A stretch of DNA of 64,000 nt from positions 13,581 through 77,580 of the IMG/VR virus record IMGVR_UViG_3300012984_000013. One strand, 5' to 3'. The position numbers and the translations under genes were made by a program. Below are positions 10,814 to 21,862 of this stretch, piece by piece (the first letter of the stretch is position 1; each line of letters starts with the position of its first letter). Source of the stretch: a virus (Duplodnaviria > Heunggongvirae > Uroviricota > Caudoviricetes). The notes under the pieces were generated by a model, which was not told the origin of the DNA, did not search any database, and was given only the letters and a program-made list of their open reading frames with translations.

Positions 10814-13591
10814 TCAATATGATTTTAAACTTTTTATAAGTGATCCATTTGAGGATTTTTTAGTAGTCCTATTCTTATTTTCTGTAGTGATTATTCTACC
10901 TTTACTATCTCTTTTCTCAACAGTTTCAGCCATTTGAGTAACATTACCATTTTCATCTACTATAGGTAAGTCTGAACCTACCTGAGGAATAATGAATTGT
11001 TGAAGAGGGTTAAGGTTCCAAGCAGCACCATTAGGACCAAATCTGTAGTTATATCTCTGTTGATCTATATCTAAAATCCTGTTTTCCAGCTTGTTTTGAG
11101 CTATTTTGTTACCAATTGATTCAAGAGCAGCCTTAGCCACAGCTTTAGTATTAGCTTTAGCTTGTGTCTGTCTAGTATATTGTTGATCTAAAATAGCCAG
11201 GTTTTTAAGAGTAGCATCATTAAGAATCTCTCTATTTTTGTTATAAGTAGCCATTTTATTAGACTGATTAAGTCTAAATTGTTCACCTAATACACTAGAG
11301 TTAGCAGCATATTTCTGAGCAGCAAGGGTAGCCTGTATAGCAGGATTACCAGAAGTTGCTCTCTGTAAAGCATTAAACTCAGCTTGATTAGCATTTAATT
11401 GATCTTGTAATGAGATATCTGTAGCTTGTTCCAAAAGAGGTGTATATTTCTGTGCCTGTACACCTTCTAATTGATTTGTAGCAAGAGCATACCTTTCACC
11501 AGCCAATTGCTCTTGTCCTAAAGGAAGATTATTAGTTGGTCTTACATATGGAAGTATAGCATTGTATGCTGTAGTAGCCACATCAAACCAGTTCTTTCTT
11601 TCAGGAGCAGATTCATATGCTGGTGAAGCAATTGCTTCTGTACTATCACTAATAGGTGTAATTACACTATCTATTTCAGGACTTCTTTCAACATAATATT
11701 GAGAAGCATCTCCTGCCATTCTAGGTATTACTCTTTTACCATTTTGAGCAATTTCTGATTTTTTAGCTTTTGTTATTTTACCTTTAGCTAACTCACTAGA
11801 GTTTAAACCATATTCTGAAGCTGTATCAAGTATTGCATTTTGTATACTTGAAGCAGTTTGTTTCTTACTTGCAATGTTTTTAAGATTCATATCTGCACCA
11901 GTTATCATAGCTGTGTCACTTGATATTTTAAGTTTATCAAAACTAGTTGTAGGTTCTGTTTGAGAGGAGGAAATAAGATGTTTATCTATAATTTTGTTAT
12001 TTTTGTTCTCCAACTTATTCAAATCCTTTATATAAGACTTGAATTTCTTACCTTTAGCCTTAGGATCATTAAGTTCAGTTAATCCATATGATGGTATTTT
12101 CATATCTCCAAATATGACCAAATTATCTTGTGATCCTCCTTCTTGAAGTTTTACAGCAGGTTCTCCTTGTTCTACTTCAACCATGTTCTTACCAAAGGTA
12201 ATACCTATACCTGTTCTACCTTTATTATCACTTTCAGAGTGAGAATTACCTATAAATTCTACAGATTCACCCATACCTGGAAGATATGGATTAAAAGATA
12301 CAGATTTAGCTTTACCTCCCCAATGAGTTTTTAATTCACCTCCTATTGCATAAGTAGGTAAATTTCCACCATTCTTAAGGTAATTTGTTCCAGTACCATA
12401 TGTAGACACTGTAGTATTTGGATCAGTTAATTGATCTTCTGGTCTATTATATTGTCTTACATCTGTATTAGTTAAATGAGAAGCTTTATCTACAAGTCTT
12501 TTTAATTTCTTTTCTGCTGTCTTCTTAGCTTGTCTAGCTTTATATGCCTTAAATCCTCCATAAATAGGATTAAGTCCTCCTAAGATTCTATCACTTTTTG
12601 ATAGATCTTTATTTGTCCATGCTGCTGCTGGATCAAATATTGTTGTTCCAAGAGTCCCTACTACAGCATTATTAGATTGATTAGTAAAATTTGTTGCAAG
12701 TTTAGATACTCCTCCAATTATCTTACCCCAAGGTCCAAATTGACTAACTACGTTTTGTGCAGTAGATGCTCCTACTGATTGCTGTTGATCTCCCATAGCT
12801 ATTCCTGCACCTATATTTCCTATACCTTGACCTATACCTTGCAATCCACCAACTTTATTAAAAAGATTAGGTATATTACCTTGATTTTGAGGTAAGTATT
12901 GTTGAGTTTGATTTCCACCATACATATCAAATATTCCTTGTGATTGGTAAGGATTATTTAAATCAACTTGTGTTGATCCATCTATTGCAGGATTGGATGA
13001 TCCAAGTTGTGATTTCTTGATTTTACCCCCTTTTTTATAAGTCTTTTTAGGTACAAGTCCAAGAAAATTCTGAGAAGCATTTACTACAGAATCTGCCTTT
13101 TGGATAGCAAAAGGATCAACAGTAACATACTGATTTGCATGAGTATTATGTTCAGTTCCTTTACCAGTAATACTTGTAATACTATTATCCAACCCTTTTA
13201 GACTATTTCTGAACCTTAGTGCTTCAGTTAAGTTTAAATAAGCATTAGTTTTCTGACTTTGTATATTACTCTTAGGATTAATATTGAGATATTCTGGCCC
13301 TCTAGCCATAGGAACTCCTCCTCCTTGTTGTTTTTTAGATTTAATTTTAGCGCCAGATTTAGCCATAGGAAATTCTGTTACAGATGAACCTTTAAATGTA
13401 TAGTCTTGATTGGGTAGCATTATCTTCTTTTGACCAAGATCACTTATTCCTAATACAGGATAATTTACTCCTTTCATTGTAATATTGTTGGAGTTGATTT
13501 TGGTTACTTTACCAGGATGTGCTAACTGTCCCATATTGTCAGTTATAATTCCACCTTTTTGATAAGCAGGTGATTTCTTTTTATTCTTCAT
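10814..13591 (-). CDS. Large virion-associated protein (925 aa), G/N/Q-rich N-terminal half
   Basis: Intact 925-aa ORF with low-complexity Gly/Asn/Gln stretches, typical of tail-fibre-like or ejected proteins. Confidence 0.6.
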   Translation of the reverse strand: MKNKKKSPAYQKGGIITDNMGQLAHPGKVTKINSNNITMKGVNYPVLGISDLGQKKIMLPNQDYTFKGSSVTEFPMAKSGAKIKSKKQQGGGVPMARGPEYLNINPKSNIQSQKTNAYLNLTEALRFRNSLKGLDNSITSITGKGTEHNTHANQYVTVDPFAIQKADSVVNASQNFLGLVPKKTYKKGGKIKKSQLGSSNPAIDGSTQVDLNNPYQSQGIFDMYGGNQTQQYLPQNQGNIPNLFNKVGGLQGIGQGIGNIGAGIAMGDQQQSVGASTAQNVVSQFGPWGKIIGGVSKLATNFTNQSNNAVVGTLGTTIFDPAAAWTNKDLSKSDRILGGLNPIYGGFKAYKARQAKKTAEKKLKRLVDKASHLTNTDVRQYNRPEDQLTDPNTTVSTYGTGTNYLKNGGNLPTYAIGGELKTHWGGKAKSVSFNPYLPGMGESVEFIGNSHSESDNKGRTGIGITFGKNMVEVEQGEPAVKLQEGGSQDNLVIFGDMKIPSYGLTELNDPKAKGKKFKSYIKDLNKLENKNNKIIDKHLISSSQTEPTTSFDKLKISSDTAMITGADMNLKNIASKKQTASSIQNAILDTASEYGLNSSELAKGKITKAKKSEIAQNGKRVIPRMAGDASQYYVERSPEIDSVITPISDSTEAIASPAYESAPERKNWFDVATTAYNAILPYVRPTNNLPLGQEQLAGERYALATNQLEGVQAQKYTPLLEQATDISLQDQLNANQAEFNALQRATSGNPAIQATLAAQKYAANSSVLGEQFRLNQSNKMATYNKNREILNDATLKNLAILDQQYTRQTQAKANTKAVAKAALESIGNKIAQNKLENRILDIDQQRYNYRFGPNGAAWNLNPLQQFIIPQVGSDLPIVDENGNVTQMAETVEKRDSKGRIITTENKNRTTKKSSNGSLIKSLKSY

Positions 13592-13598
13592 AGTATTA

Positions 13599-14486
13599 CT
13601 ATTTATACGATAATTGAGCAGGAGCTATTACAAATGTACTCACAATATGAGTATTAGATGAGTTATCTAATGTCAATCTGACTTTTACATCTTTAGCCCT
13701 AATGGTTTCTTTTCTAAAGGATCTACTAGAGTAGTCCATATTATCCTGATTTACTTCTTTATCAATTGATAAAGACTCACAGGAGTTTACAAACAAAGGT
13801 ATAGTTTTGTCTTTTACGACATTCCAAAAGGTATTAAATTGATAAAAATTATCACTTTTTGTAAAAGTAACAGTTTTACTATCAGAATTATATTTGGGAT
13901 AACTTGAATATTCTTTAAGATTATTCTGTGGTTTATTTACAAGTTCTAGTATACCAGAAGACTGTTGATCATTATATACTACAGCTTTATTAAAGTACTC
14001 TGTATCTGTTTGTATCTTTCTATTAGAATCAAATACCCCACTTATACTAGGTAGATATTTATATACCTTAGCATATTCCTGTACATTCTGAAGTATTTCA
14101 TCCTGATAATTATAAGCAAAAGGATACTCTATTGTATATGGATAAATTGTACCATAGTATGTGTTATATATGGTAGTATCAATTAAATGTTTCCATAAAG
14201 ATCCTGTATTTGCTATAGTTGTATCAATGACTGCTAGTTCAAGAGGATTTATTTGACTTAATACTACTTTAAATTGCTTTCCATAACAGTATTTATCCAA
14301 AGCAGTTAATGTAATAAAATATACATTATCATCAACAGTATATGATACTCCTGATATAAGATTAGATTTGTTTATTTCAGGGGATAATATATTTCCCAGA
14401 CTATCGGTTATGGATAATCTGGAAATATTATTCCCTATTTTCTTAAGTTTTATGATAATTACTTTACTCATATTAACAGTTTCCAA
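13599..14486 (-). CDS. Structural/tail-associated protein (295 aa)
   Basis: ORF overlaps the upstream gene by 14 nt (operon-style coupling). Confidence 0.55.
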   Translation of the reverse strand: METVNMSKVIIIKLKKIGNNISRLSITDSLGNILSPEINKSNLISGVSYTVDDNVYFITLTALDKYCYGKQFKVVLSQINPLELAVIDTTIANTGSLWKHLIDTTIYNTYYGTIYPYTIEYPFAYNYQDEILQNVQEYAKVYKYLPSISGVFDSNRKIQTDTEYFNKAVVYNDQQSSGILELVNKPQNNLKEYSSYPKYNSDSKTVTFTKSDNFYQFNTFWNVVKDKTIPLFVNSCESLSIDKEVNQDNMDYSSRSFRKETIRAKDVKVRLTLDNSSNTHIVSTFVIAPAQLSYK

Positions 14487-17400
14487 GTAATGTTAAGAAT
14501 CCTGCCCCTGTTCCTGATAATGATCCAGGTTGTATACATATAGATTGTCCAGAGGATACAGTTTCAGCAGTATGAGTATTACCTCCACAATCAATATAAT
14601 TAATATCATTTGCATCAGAACCTGTATTATTGTAATATTCATCACAAATTACTATAGTAGTAGTTATTGTTGTGGTACTGCTTGTGCTTGTACTAGTACT
14701 CGTTGTGCTAGTACTTGTGCTGGTAGTTGTACTTGTACTTGTAGTACTAGTAGTAGAAGTAGAAGTGCTAGTAGTACTAGTGCTAGTAGTTGTAGTAGTT
14801 GTTGGAATAGGTAATAGAGTTGCAGCAACTGCCTCTAAATAACAACTATTATTAGTTCCTGAATAGAAGAAGTTGTTCTCACCTATATAAAAATTAGGTA
14901 TATAGGAGTGAAAACTAACCCATGTTTTACTATCAAGATTTAAGGATGTAGTCCATGATTTGTTACAGAAATAATCTTCATCATATACACTTACTATTGT
15001 TTTAGTAACTAAATTCTCTATTACATTTTCTATATAAAACTCTTTTGTAGATGAGTCATATTTAACGTCATTAGATAAAGGAATATAATCCAATTTAGAT
15101 ATAATTACTCTATTAAATTTACTATCATATACTCCATGTAATCCTATACCTTTGTAGTGGTTATCTATATCTACTTGTGGGAAGTATCTTAATATTTCAA
15201 AGGATAAATGATCTGTATAGAATCTATTTAGTCCTGATCCATATCCAGATAGCTCACTTATAGAGCTATTATTTATTAAAAATATCTGGCCTCTTTTAGC
15301 ATCTACAGTTACCTGTCCTTGAGGTATTTTAAGTAGAAATTTATGTTGACTTCCTACATGACCTAAATCTGTTTCAGAGAAATCTAGAGGAGGAGTATTC
15401 TTTGAGAATATACTTTGACCTAGATATACCTGACCTCCTGTATTAGTTTGTGTAGTGTAAAGAGCATTATAAAGTAATGATTTATTCTCAAATCTAGCAA
15501 GTACTTGCTTATTCTGAACACCATCTAGTGATACTAATTTACCATAATTCTGAGGAAAATCAAAGAAAGAAGCAGGTCTATATATCAACCAGCTATTAAT
15601 TTTATTATCAGAATAACTTAACTGAGGCTCGGAAAATATTGCTCTAAATGGATAGTTAGTATAACAAAGTTGATCCTCCCAATCTATAGGAAGATGTGAA
15701 AAGAAGTTCTCTTTATTTTGTTTAGAATAAGTTGTATTGTAATAATAAGTATTATCATTTGCAATAGATACATTACTTTCTTGTACCCAATCATCTGGTA
15801 TACCAGAACTTACATGAGGATAAAAATCACCTTCTCTATTATTAAAAGCCTGTCTTAGGTCTAGATTTATAGAAGACTCACAATAGAAATAAGGTATTCC
15901 ATATGCAAACATATAGATCTTACCATCATAGAATGTTCTATCTGGATTAACTATTGGATTAGGAGTTGCATCAGATTCAGGCTTAGGTAATTGATTATTT
16001 GGACAATCAAAATTATGTGCCTTTATTGATATAATATTAGTCAATTTAGGCTGACCTGTATATTTATAATCAAATAGAATATTACGGGCTGAGTGCCAGT
16101 ATTCTGGATATGCAATATTACCTATCTCATCATAAAATATATCACTATCATTAGGAGCACCTACTCTATTATCAATAAAAAATGGTAATTTTGTCTTAAA
16201 TCCAAACTTACCTATAAATGTATCTCCACCAAAGAATGAGGTTTTTGGATTAGTTTCATTAAATAGAACCTGATAGCCTGTGTCTATAGTCTCATATGAG
16301 TATATTTGACCCCATTGATTAGGGAAATAGTTCTTTAAAGCTGCATAGTATGCAACACTAGTTATATCAAACTGTTTCTCTGGTTGTGAACAATCCACTT
16401 GAGAATTGATATATCTAGATTTATCTTCAATTACATTAATTCCTGATTGTATTAAGGAAGTTGTATCTTTAGGAAAAGGTAAAGCTGCTTTATCTTCATC
16501 TGTTTTTATATATACAGAAGATTCTCTTTGAAAGTTATTAAAGTTTATAGCTTCTCCTATAGATTGTACTCCTGAAGATAGATATTGAGAGTTATCAATT
16601 TCTCTTTGTTTATTCCCATTATTATCAATAGCTGCATAATAGTTATAATCTACTATTGAGTTATATGAATAACCATAATTTTTACGATCTATACCATTCA
16701 TATATATCTCTATATATGCCTGATATGCAGTAAACATCGCTGTTGTATTAAAATCTGCTGTTACATTAGCAAGATCTCCAGATGATTCTAATGCATCTTC
16801 TTGTGCTTCTTTAGATAGGAGTCTATATAAAGCATTTTTCTTAATCTCTGTAAAATGAGCTTTTCCTGTTCCAAATAAAGTATTTTCTAATTTAAGAATT
16901 GTTCCCAAGAATGGTTGTCCAAAAGATGTTTCTGGCGAATTAAATACTTGTCTATATTTAGATTCATCTGTCTCAAATGCTTTTAGTCTACTAGGATAAC
17001 AGCTTTCATTCTTATTTGTTGATATTTTTGAAACTGTATAATTGACATCAAACGCTACTCTAGCTGGCACACTTGATGTTTGCACTTGTATTGTAGCAGG
17101 ACTAGCTGAATAAACCGTTATATACTTAACACTACCTTGAGGATTTACATAACTAAATCTAGTAAAACTAGCTGATGTTAATTTATAAACATCATATCCT
17201 ATTAATGTTACTGTTACTGTGCCTCCACCTGTAACTGTCGGTAATGTAATAGAACATACTTCAATTGTACTTCCACTCAATATAGGTTCACCTTTAAGAG
17301 TATTAGTAAAACAGTCAGTATAGTCATATGAACCATCTGCTGTTACAGTTATAGTATAAGAATTACATTGAGCATTAAATGCATTATTTTGTGCAAGTAA

Positions 17401-19224
17401 GAAAGGATCTTCTCTTAAGTCATTATAAGGATAGTTTGGAAAATAATAATCAGTCTCTTCTCTAGTATATTTTCCAACATTTCTAAGGATTCCTTTTCCT
17501 ATAATTGATTTATTTACATCTCTATTACCTCTTGTTATCTTAAATCCGATAATAGCATCTTTTTGAGCTTGCGTAAGATCAGACTGCTGTATTAACGCTT
17601 TTATTCTATTAGGGTCTATTTTTACACCTAAAGAGTAAATAGCTTTCTTACCCATTTCAAGACCTGTATATTTACCATCAGCATCTTTATCTGGAGTACT
17701 TGTTTCAAATATAGGACTTATTCCTACATCTGGGAACTTATGATGTCTAATAGGCTGACCAGCTAATTCTCCCCATATAGATTCTTGACATGGATATACA
17801 TCTGTAGATTCCCAGTATGAAAAAGTACCATATTGATAAGGTCCTTTATAGGAGGGATCTGACAGATACTCAGAACTAGTACCTTCTACTGTTGCAGTAT
17901 TATATATTTTCCAATACGGGGAAGTTCCAGTCGATGGATCAGGTTGTCCAATAAAGTCATTGCTTGTAGGAGATATCTCTCCATAAGATACATCCAATGG
18001 AGTTATAGCTCTACCAGGAATATGAAAACTATCTGTTTGTTTTCCACCTGTAATTAACCATGTTATTTCAAAAGGATAAATTTCATCTCTAAGATAACCT
18101 CTGAGATTTGTAGCATTTAATTCATCACTATAATCTTCAGTAGCAGGTATTCTATAACTTTGCCATTGTAGTTCTATTTTATTGGCTATTTTCTGATAGT
18201 TAATTCTATCAATTGATGATAGTTGATCCCATACAATAATATCTTGTACAGTAGTTACATCTTTAGCTACTTCATAAGATGGATGTTTCTCAAATATATC
18301 ATTTAAAGTTAACCTTATTTGAGTTTGATTCTGACCATTATATGTAATTTCTCTTGTGCTATTTTCTATAAAGTAAGTTCCTATAAGCTCAGAAGAGGAT
18401 ATATTATTAATTGTCTTTATAACAGCAATATTAAAATACTGAAAGTATCCAGTGGTATCAATATTAGATACTAGTAAATTTACACTTTTACCTACATTAT
18501 AGTTAAAATCAGGAGTAGTTATCCTAGGATTAGCTATTGGAGTAGGGTTTGTTACTGAATAATAAGAAGTGTACCCATTTCCATTAGCGTCTGAATATTG
18601 AATTGCAAACTGTACTGTACCAGCAGTTAAACTACCTCCATTAGTTACGGAGGTTACTTCTAACTGGGGAATAGTAAAATCTGGTTGAACGTTTAATTTA
18701 TTACAATCAATTTCAGAAGTTACAACAGGATCACATTGACTAGGTGAATCTATTGTCTTATATGGAAGATTGTTTAAATCAAGAACTCTTCTTGGGTTTA
18801 ATGCATCTGTAAAGTAAACCTCTACTGAGCAGTTGGTTATCTTATGTACAGCTTTTAATATAGGATAATTAATATTAAAACCTAAACAACTGGTATTTAT
18901 ATAAGTATGGTATATACAGTCATTGTTCTCCATATACCCAATCTCACTGCCACCTGTATCAGGATTTACCAAAAAGAATATATGCTTACTTATCTCTGGA
19001 ATAAAGTGATTACCAAGAGATAAATAACCATCTGGAAACTGTAAACATTCTACATTTCCAGGTTCATTCTGATAGTTTGAGCTATTAGAATCATAATTCT
19101 CAAGTGTAGCATTTAAAGCATAGGTTAATTGTCCTCTCTGTACTTGATAGAGAGAATTATCCATATTTAATCCTACATTAGCAGAATTAGATTCTATCTT
19201 TATATTTGATTGTTCTTCAGCCAT
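14473..19224 (-). CDS. Very large tail-tip / receptor-binding-type protein (1583 aa) with a C-terminal poly-Thr/Ser linker and a small Cys-containing C-terminal domain
   Basis: 1583-aa ORF. Its C-terminus carries ~50 aa of (T/S)n followed by a ~60-aa Cys-containing domain. Its position downstream of the tail-fibre genes resembles the crAss-like muzzle protein (inference). Confidence 0.65.
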   Translation of the reverse strand: MAEEQSNIKIESNSANVGLNMDNSLYQVQRGQLTYALNATLENYDSNSSNYQNEPGNVECLQFPDGYLSLGNHFIPEISKHIFFLVNPDTGGSEIGYMENNDCIYHTYINTSCLGFNINYPILKAVHKITNCSVEVYFTDALNPRRVLDLNNLPYKTIDSPSQCDPVVTSEIDCNKLNVQPDFTIPQLEVTSVTNGGSLTAGTVQFAIQYSDANGNGYTSYYSVTNPTPIANPRITTPDFNYNVGKSVNLLVSNIDTTGYFQYFNIAVIKTINNISSSELIGTYFIENSTREITYNGQNQTQIRLTLNDIFEKHPSYEVAKDVTTVQDIIVWDQLSSIDRINYQKIANKIELQWQSYRIPATEDYSDELNATNLRGYLRDEIYPFEITWLITGGKQTDSFHIPGRAITPLDVSYGEISPTSNDFIGQPDPSTGTSPYWKIYNTATVEGTSSEYLSDPSYKGPYQYGTFSYWESTDVYPCQESIWGELAGQPIRHHKFPDVGISPIFETSTPDKDADGKYTGLEMGKKAIYSLGVKIDPNRIKALIQQSDLTQAQKDAIIGFKITRGNRDVNKSIIGKGILRNVGKYTREETDYYFPNYPYNDLREDPFLLAQNNAFNAQCNSYTITVTADGSYDYTDCFTNTLKGEPILSGSTIEVCSITLPTVTGGGTVTVTLIGYDVYKLTSASFTRFSYVNPQGSVKYITVYSASPATIQVQTSSVPARVAFDVNYTVSKISTNKNESCYPSRLKAFETDESKYRQVFNSPETSFGQPFLGTILKLENTLFGTGKAHFTEIKKNALYRLLSKEAQEDALESSGDLANVTADFNTTAMFTAYQAYIEIYMNGIDRKNYGYSYNSIVDYNYYAAIDNNGNKQREIDNSQYLSSGVQSIGEAINFNNFQRESSVYIKTDEDKAALPFPKDTTSLIQSGINVIEDKSRYINSQVDCSQPEKQFDITSVAYYAALKNYFPNQWGQIYSYETIDTGYQVLFNETNPKTSFFGGDTFIGKFGFKTKLPFFIDNRVGAPNDSDIFYDEIGNIAYPEYWHSARNILFDYKYTGQPKLTNIISIKAHNFDCPNNQLPKPESDATPNPIVNPDRTFYDGKIYMFAYGIPYFYCESSINLDLRQAFNNREGDFYPHVSSGIPDDWVQESNVSIANDNTYYYNTTYSKQNKENFFSHLPIDWEDQLCYTNYPFRAIFSEPQLSYSDNKINSWLIYRPASFFDFPQNYGKLVSLDGVQNKQVLARFENKSLLYNALYTTQTNTGGQVYLGQSIFSKNTPPLDFSETDLGHVGSQHKFLLKIPQGQVTVDAKRGQIFLINNSSISELSGYGSGLNRFYTDHLSFEILRYFPQVDIDNHYKGIGLHGVYDSKFNRVIISKLDYIPLSNDVKYDSSTKEFYIENVIENLVTKTIVSVYDEDYFCNKSWTTSLNLDSKTWVSFHSYIPNFYIGENNFFYSGTNNSCYLEAVAATLLPIPTTTTTTSTSTTSTSTSTTSTTSTSTTTSTSTSTTSTSTSTSSTTTITTTIVICDEYYNNTGSDANDINYIDCGGNTHTAETVSSGQSICIQPGSLSGTGAGFLTLLGNC
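14686..14812. repeat. Imperfect tandem hexa- to nonanucleotide repeats encoding the poly-Thr/Ser tract
   Basis: Plus strand reads tgcttgtgcttgtactagtactcgttgtgctagtacttgtgctggtagttgtacttgtacttgtagtactagtagtagaagtagaagtgctagtagtactag... On the minus strand these are ACT/AGT/ACA/AGC codons. Confidence 0.7.
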
Positions 19225-19226
19225 TA

Positions 19227-20201
19227 TTAATTTCTACGTTTTCTTCCAAATCGGTAGTTCCTATTAGGAAGTTCATACATATTAAACTTATTCAGTTGAT
19301 GTTTTATAGCATTCTGTTTTTGATAAATAGTTTGCTTCTTTATTTCAGTTTCTGCTAGTATATAAGCTTCATCAGATTCTCTTTGCGCCCTATCTCTTTT
19401 ACTCTCAAGTTGATTAAAAGTCTCATCATTTACTTGATTACAGAGAGTTTCAAATACTTTAAATTTAAGGAATTTCTCTATATACTCCATTATTCTATAG
19501 TTCTTAGGAACCATTTGATTACCTTTATTATCATAGTCATCTGAATAGAATACAAGATATACAGTTCCTTCTTTGAAGTTAGTAACAAATTTGTTACTCC
19601 TGATATCGAATGAATCCACTACTGATGATCCAAAGTTAGCACAATCCAAAGAGCAATGTTGCTTCACAGATACATTTCCTGGCTTCAGGAGATACATTTT
19701 TTTATAACTAAGTGTAAATTGATTATTAGTCTTGTATACAGCTTGAATCATTTCAGGCATACAATTACCATCACAATTAGGATCTGAGCATTCTATATTA
19801 GTACAAGGTTCACCTCCAGATATAATAGGGCTTACTTGAATGGTGGTTTCTGAGGCTGCCTGAGAATAGAATGAATTTGCATTTTGTACTGGAAATCCAT
19901 CAATTGATGTACATAACCATGCTTCTCTAACAGCTACAAAGTTATCTGGCAACCTTGCTTCAAAATCTTCTATATATAGAACTTCTTCTGTAATATTGTA
20001 AGAACTCTTACCTAGTTTGTTTAAACACTTATTTGTATAAGTTGGAAACATACTGGTATCAACTGCTCCAGTATCAAAGTAACTCTTAAGTTCTTCTTGT
20101 ACTATAGCATAAATCCCTTCAGGACTAGTAAATTCGTATTTGTAGTAGTAGCTCATTTTTTTAAAATTTCCAGGTACGGTAGATATGTTGATACTTTTCA
20201 T
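19227..20201 (-). CDS. Structural protein (324 aa)
   Basis: ORF in the late operon, immediately upstream of the 1583-aa gene. Confidence 0.55.
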   Translation of the reverse strand: MKSINISTVPGNFKKMSYYYKYEFTSPEGIYAIVQEELKSYFDTGAVDTSMFPTYTNKCLNKLGKSSYNITEEVLYIEDFEARLPDNFVAVREAWLCTSIDGFPVQNANSFYSQAASETTIQVSPIISGGEPCTNIECSDPNCDGNCMPEMIQAVYKTNNQFTLSYKKMYLLKPGNVSVKQHCSLDCANFGSSVVDSFDIRSNKFVTNFKEGTVYLVFYSDDYDNKGNQMVPKNYRIMEYIEKFLKFKVFETLCNQVNDETFNQLESKRDRAQRESDEAYILAETEIKKQTIYQKQNAIKHQLNKFNMYELPNRNYRFGRKRRN

Positions 20202-20640
20202 CTACTTTAAGATAGTGAGCAAGTATTCTTGATGTTACTCTGGTTGGTTTGAAATACCATAATTTAGTGTAAGGAAGTCTTGATTTATCTTTAAACCACA
20301 TCCAACTAAATCTGTATCCTTCAGTATGATAATTAAAGTTATATATCTTTTTACCTTTTTCTCTGGTTTTTTTCCAGTCTACAGGTAAGTTTATTCTTGA
20401 TACTCCTTGTGGATCAACTTTAATTCTTTTTGTTTTCTTTTTATTTATTGATATAGGGCCAAATCCAGCAGGTAATTTCTCTTTTTCTCCTGTTTCCAGA
20501 ATATAAGTCTTGAATCCTTCATTAAATCCATATAAAATATTCTTCCACTCATCTATTGTTAATTTTATATGTGGATACTTCTTACGGAATTTATGATATT
20601 CAGATGTACTAGCTGATCTCCAATCAATAGCTGTTCTCAT
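20161..20640 (-). CDS. Basic small protein (159 aa)
   Basis: K/R-rich ORF whose start abuts the stop of the 20640..21347 gene. Confidence 0.5.
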   Translation of the reverse strand: MRTAIDWRSASTSEYHKFRKKYPHIKLTIDEWKNILYGFNEGFKTYILETGEKEKLPAGFGPISINKKKTKRIKVDPQGVSRINLPVDWKKTREKGKKIYNFNYHTEGYRFSWMWFKDKSRLPYTKLWYFKPTRVTSRILAHYLKVDEKYQHIYRTWKF

Positions 20641-21347
20641 TATTGGTTTTTAGGTTCTTCATCTATAACATGCTGTTCCTTTGGAATCTGAAAATAGGTT
20701 TTTATTAACCTTTCAGATACCATATCAAGTACTTGTTTCTCCAGATAGCCAGGAAGACCATATGTTTTGTCTAATGGGTTTTTACATAGTTCAGTAGGAT
20801 CTGGTTTTTGACCACATCCACATTCTGGATACATAATCTCGTTAGGTACATCTTCTTCAAAGAAAGCAGCTATTCTAAGTGCTGTTAGAAAAGGATTACT
20901 CACATATAGATATTCATTAACTATCCAATAGTAGGTATCTTTCTTAACAATAGGTAACTTTAATAGGTTTGTATATCTATTGATAGTTACTTCCTTTAAC
21001 TTAGAAGTCTTACCACCCATTGCATTAATAGACCATACTCCTTGTATAATATATTGATAATTACCTTCAGCTATTCTAGGTAGTTTAAACTTAGTTCTGG
21101 CTACAGTACATTCATCCACATAATCACAGCACTCTGATATAGGAACTTCAATAAGCTCCAAACAAGAGATGGTGGTAAAAAGTGTATCAGTTTGCCAAAG
21201 TCTTCTTAAATTTGTTTCTCTTTTAACTAAAAGATTAGTTACTGATTTTATCTCAGCAGCAATAGCTCTATCAGTTAGAATATTCTCTGATGATAGTAAC
21301 TTATGGCTACTTCTGACTGTTGATACTATTTTTCTTAATGTTGACAT
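20640..21347 (-). CDS. Hypothetical structural-module protein (235 aa)
   Basis: ORF overlapping the start of the downstream gene by 1 nt. Confidence 0.5.
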   Translation of the reverse strand: MSTLRKIVSTVRSSHKLLSSENILTDRAIAAEIKSVTNLLVKRETNLRRLWQTDTLFTTISCLELIEVPISECCDYVDECTVARTKFKLPRIAEGNYQYIIQGVWSINAMGGKTSKLKEVTINRYTNLLKLPIVKKDTYYWIVNEYLYVSNPFLTALRIAAFFEEDVPNEIMYPECGCGQKPDPTELCKNPLDKTYGLPGYLEKQVLDMVSERLIKTYFQIPKEQHVIDEEPKNQ

Positions 21348-21862
21348 ATTTCTACTTGGTGAGCTTTACTTAAATAACCTATTGCGCTATTTAATAGATG
21401 AATATCATCTTTAAAATTTGCTATTCCTAAGTTACATTTTCGGCATAAAATTCCTCTAATTCTACCATTTTCATGATTATGATCTATAAATAAATCCTTT
21501 TTATAAAGCTTATAATGCTCTTCTTGAGATAAGGAGCAAATATTGCATTTGTACTCAGATTTATCTAGTAGATTATCAAATTGATCTTGTGTAATATTAT
21601 AAGGTTTTAATCTATTCTTTTTTCGAATCTCTGGATTTTTATGAAAATTTTCTCTGCTTTTCTGATTTCTTTCTTTTTTATTTTTTAAATGATATTCTTT
21701 AGAAAATTTTTTAATATCATCTGCATGTAAATCATAGTACTCTTTAACTTTAATAGATGTGCACTTCTTACATATAGATTTTAAATTATCAGAAGCATGA
21801 GAATTTTTATAAAACTCTGAACTTTCTTTCAATATATTACATCTATTACAAATTTTACTCAT
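21335..21862 (-). CDS. HNH homing-type endonuclease
   Basis: C-terminus carries DHNHENGRIRGILCRKCNLGI, the classic DHxH...N...RGLLCxxCN HNH/endonuclease-VII signature. N-terminus has CxxC...CxxC clusters. Confidence 0.8.
   Translation of the reverse strand: MSKICNRCNILKESSEFYKNSHASDNLKSICKKCTSIKVKEYYDLHADDIKKFSKEYHLKNKKERNQKSRENFHKNPEIRKKNRLKPYNITQDQFDNLLDKSEYKCNICSLSQEEHYKLYKKDLFIDHNHENGRIRGILCRKCNLGIANFKDDIHLLNSAIGYLSKAHQVEICQH

Noticed and set aside
14686-14812. Short tandem repeats, considered as a possible CRISPR array
   Set aside because: Units are 6-9 nt with no spacers, they lie inside a protein-coding frame, and they encode poly-Thr/Ser. Not CRISPR.
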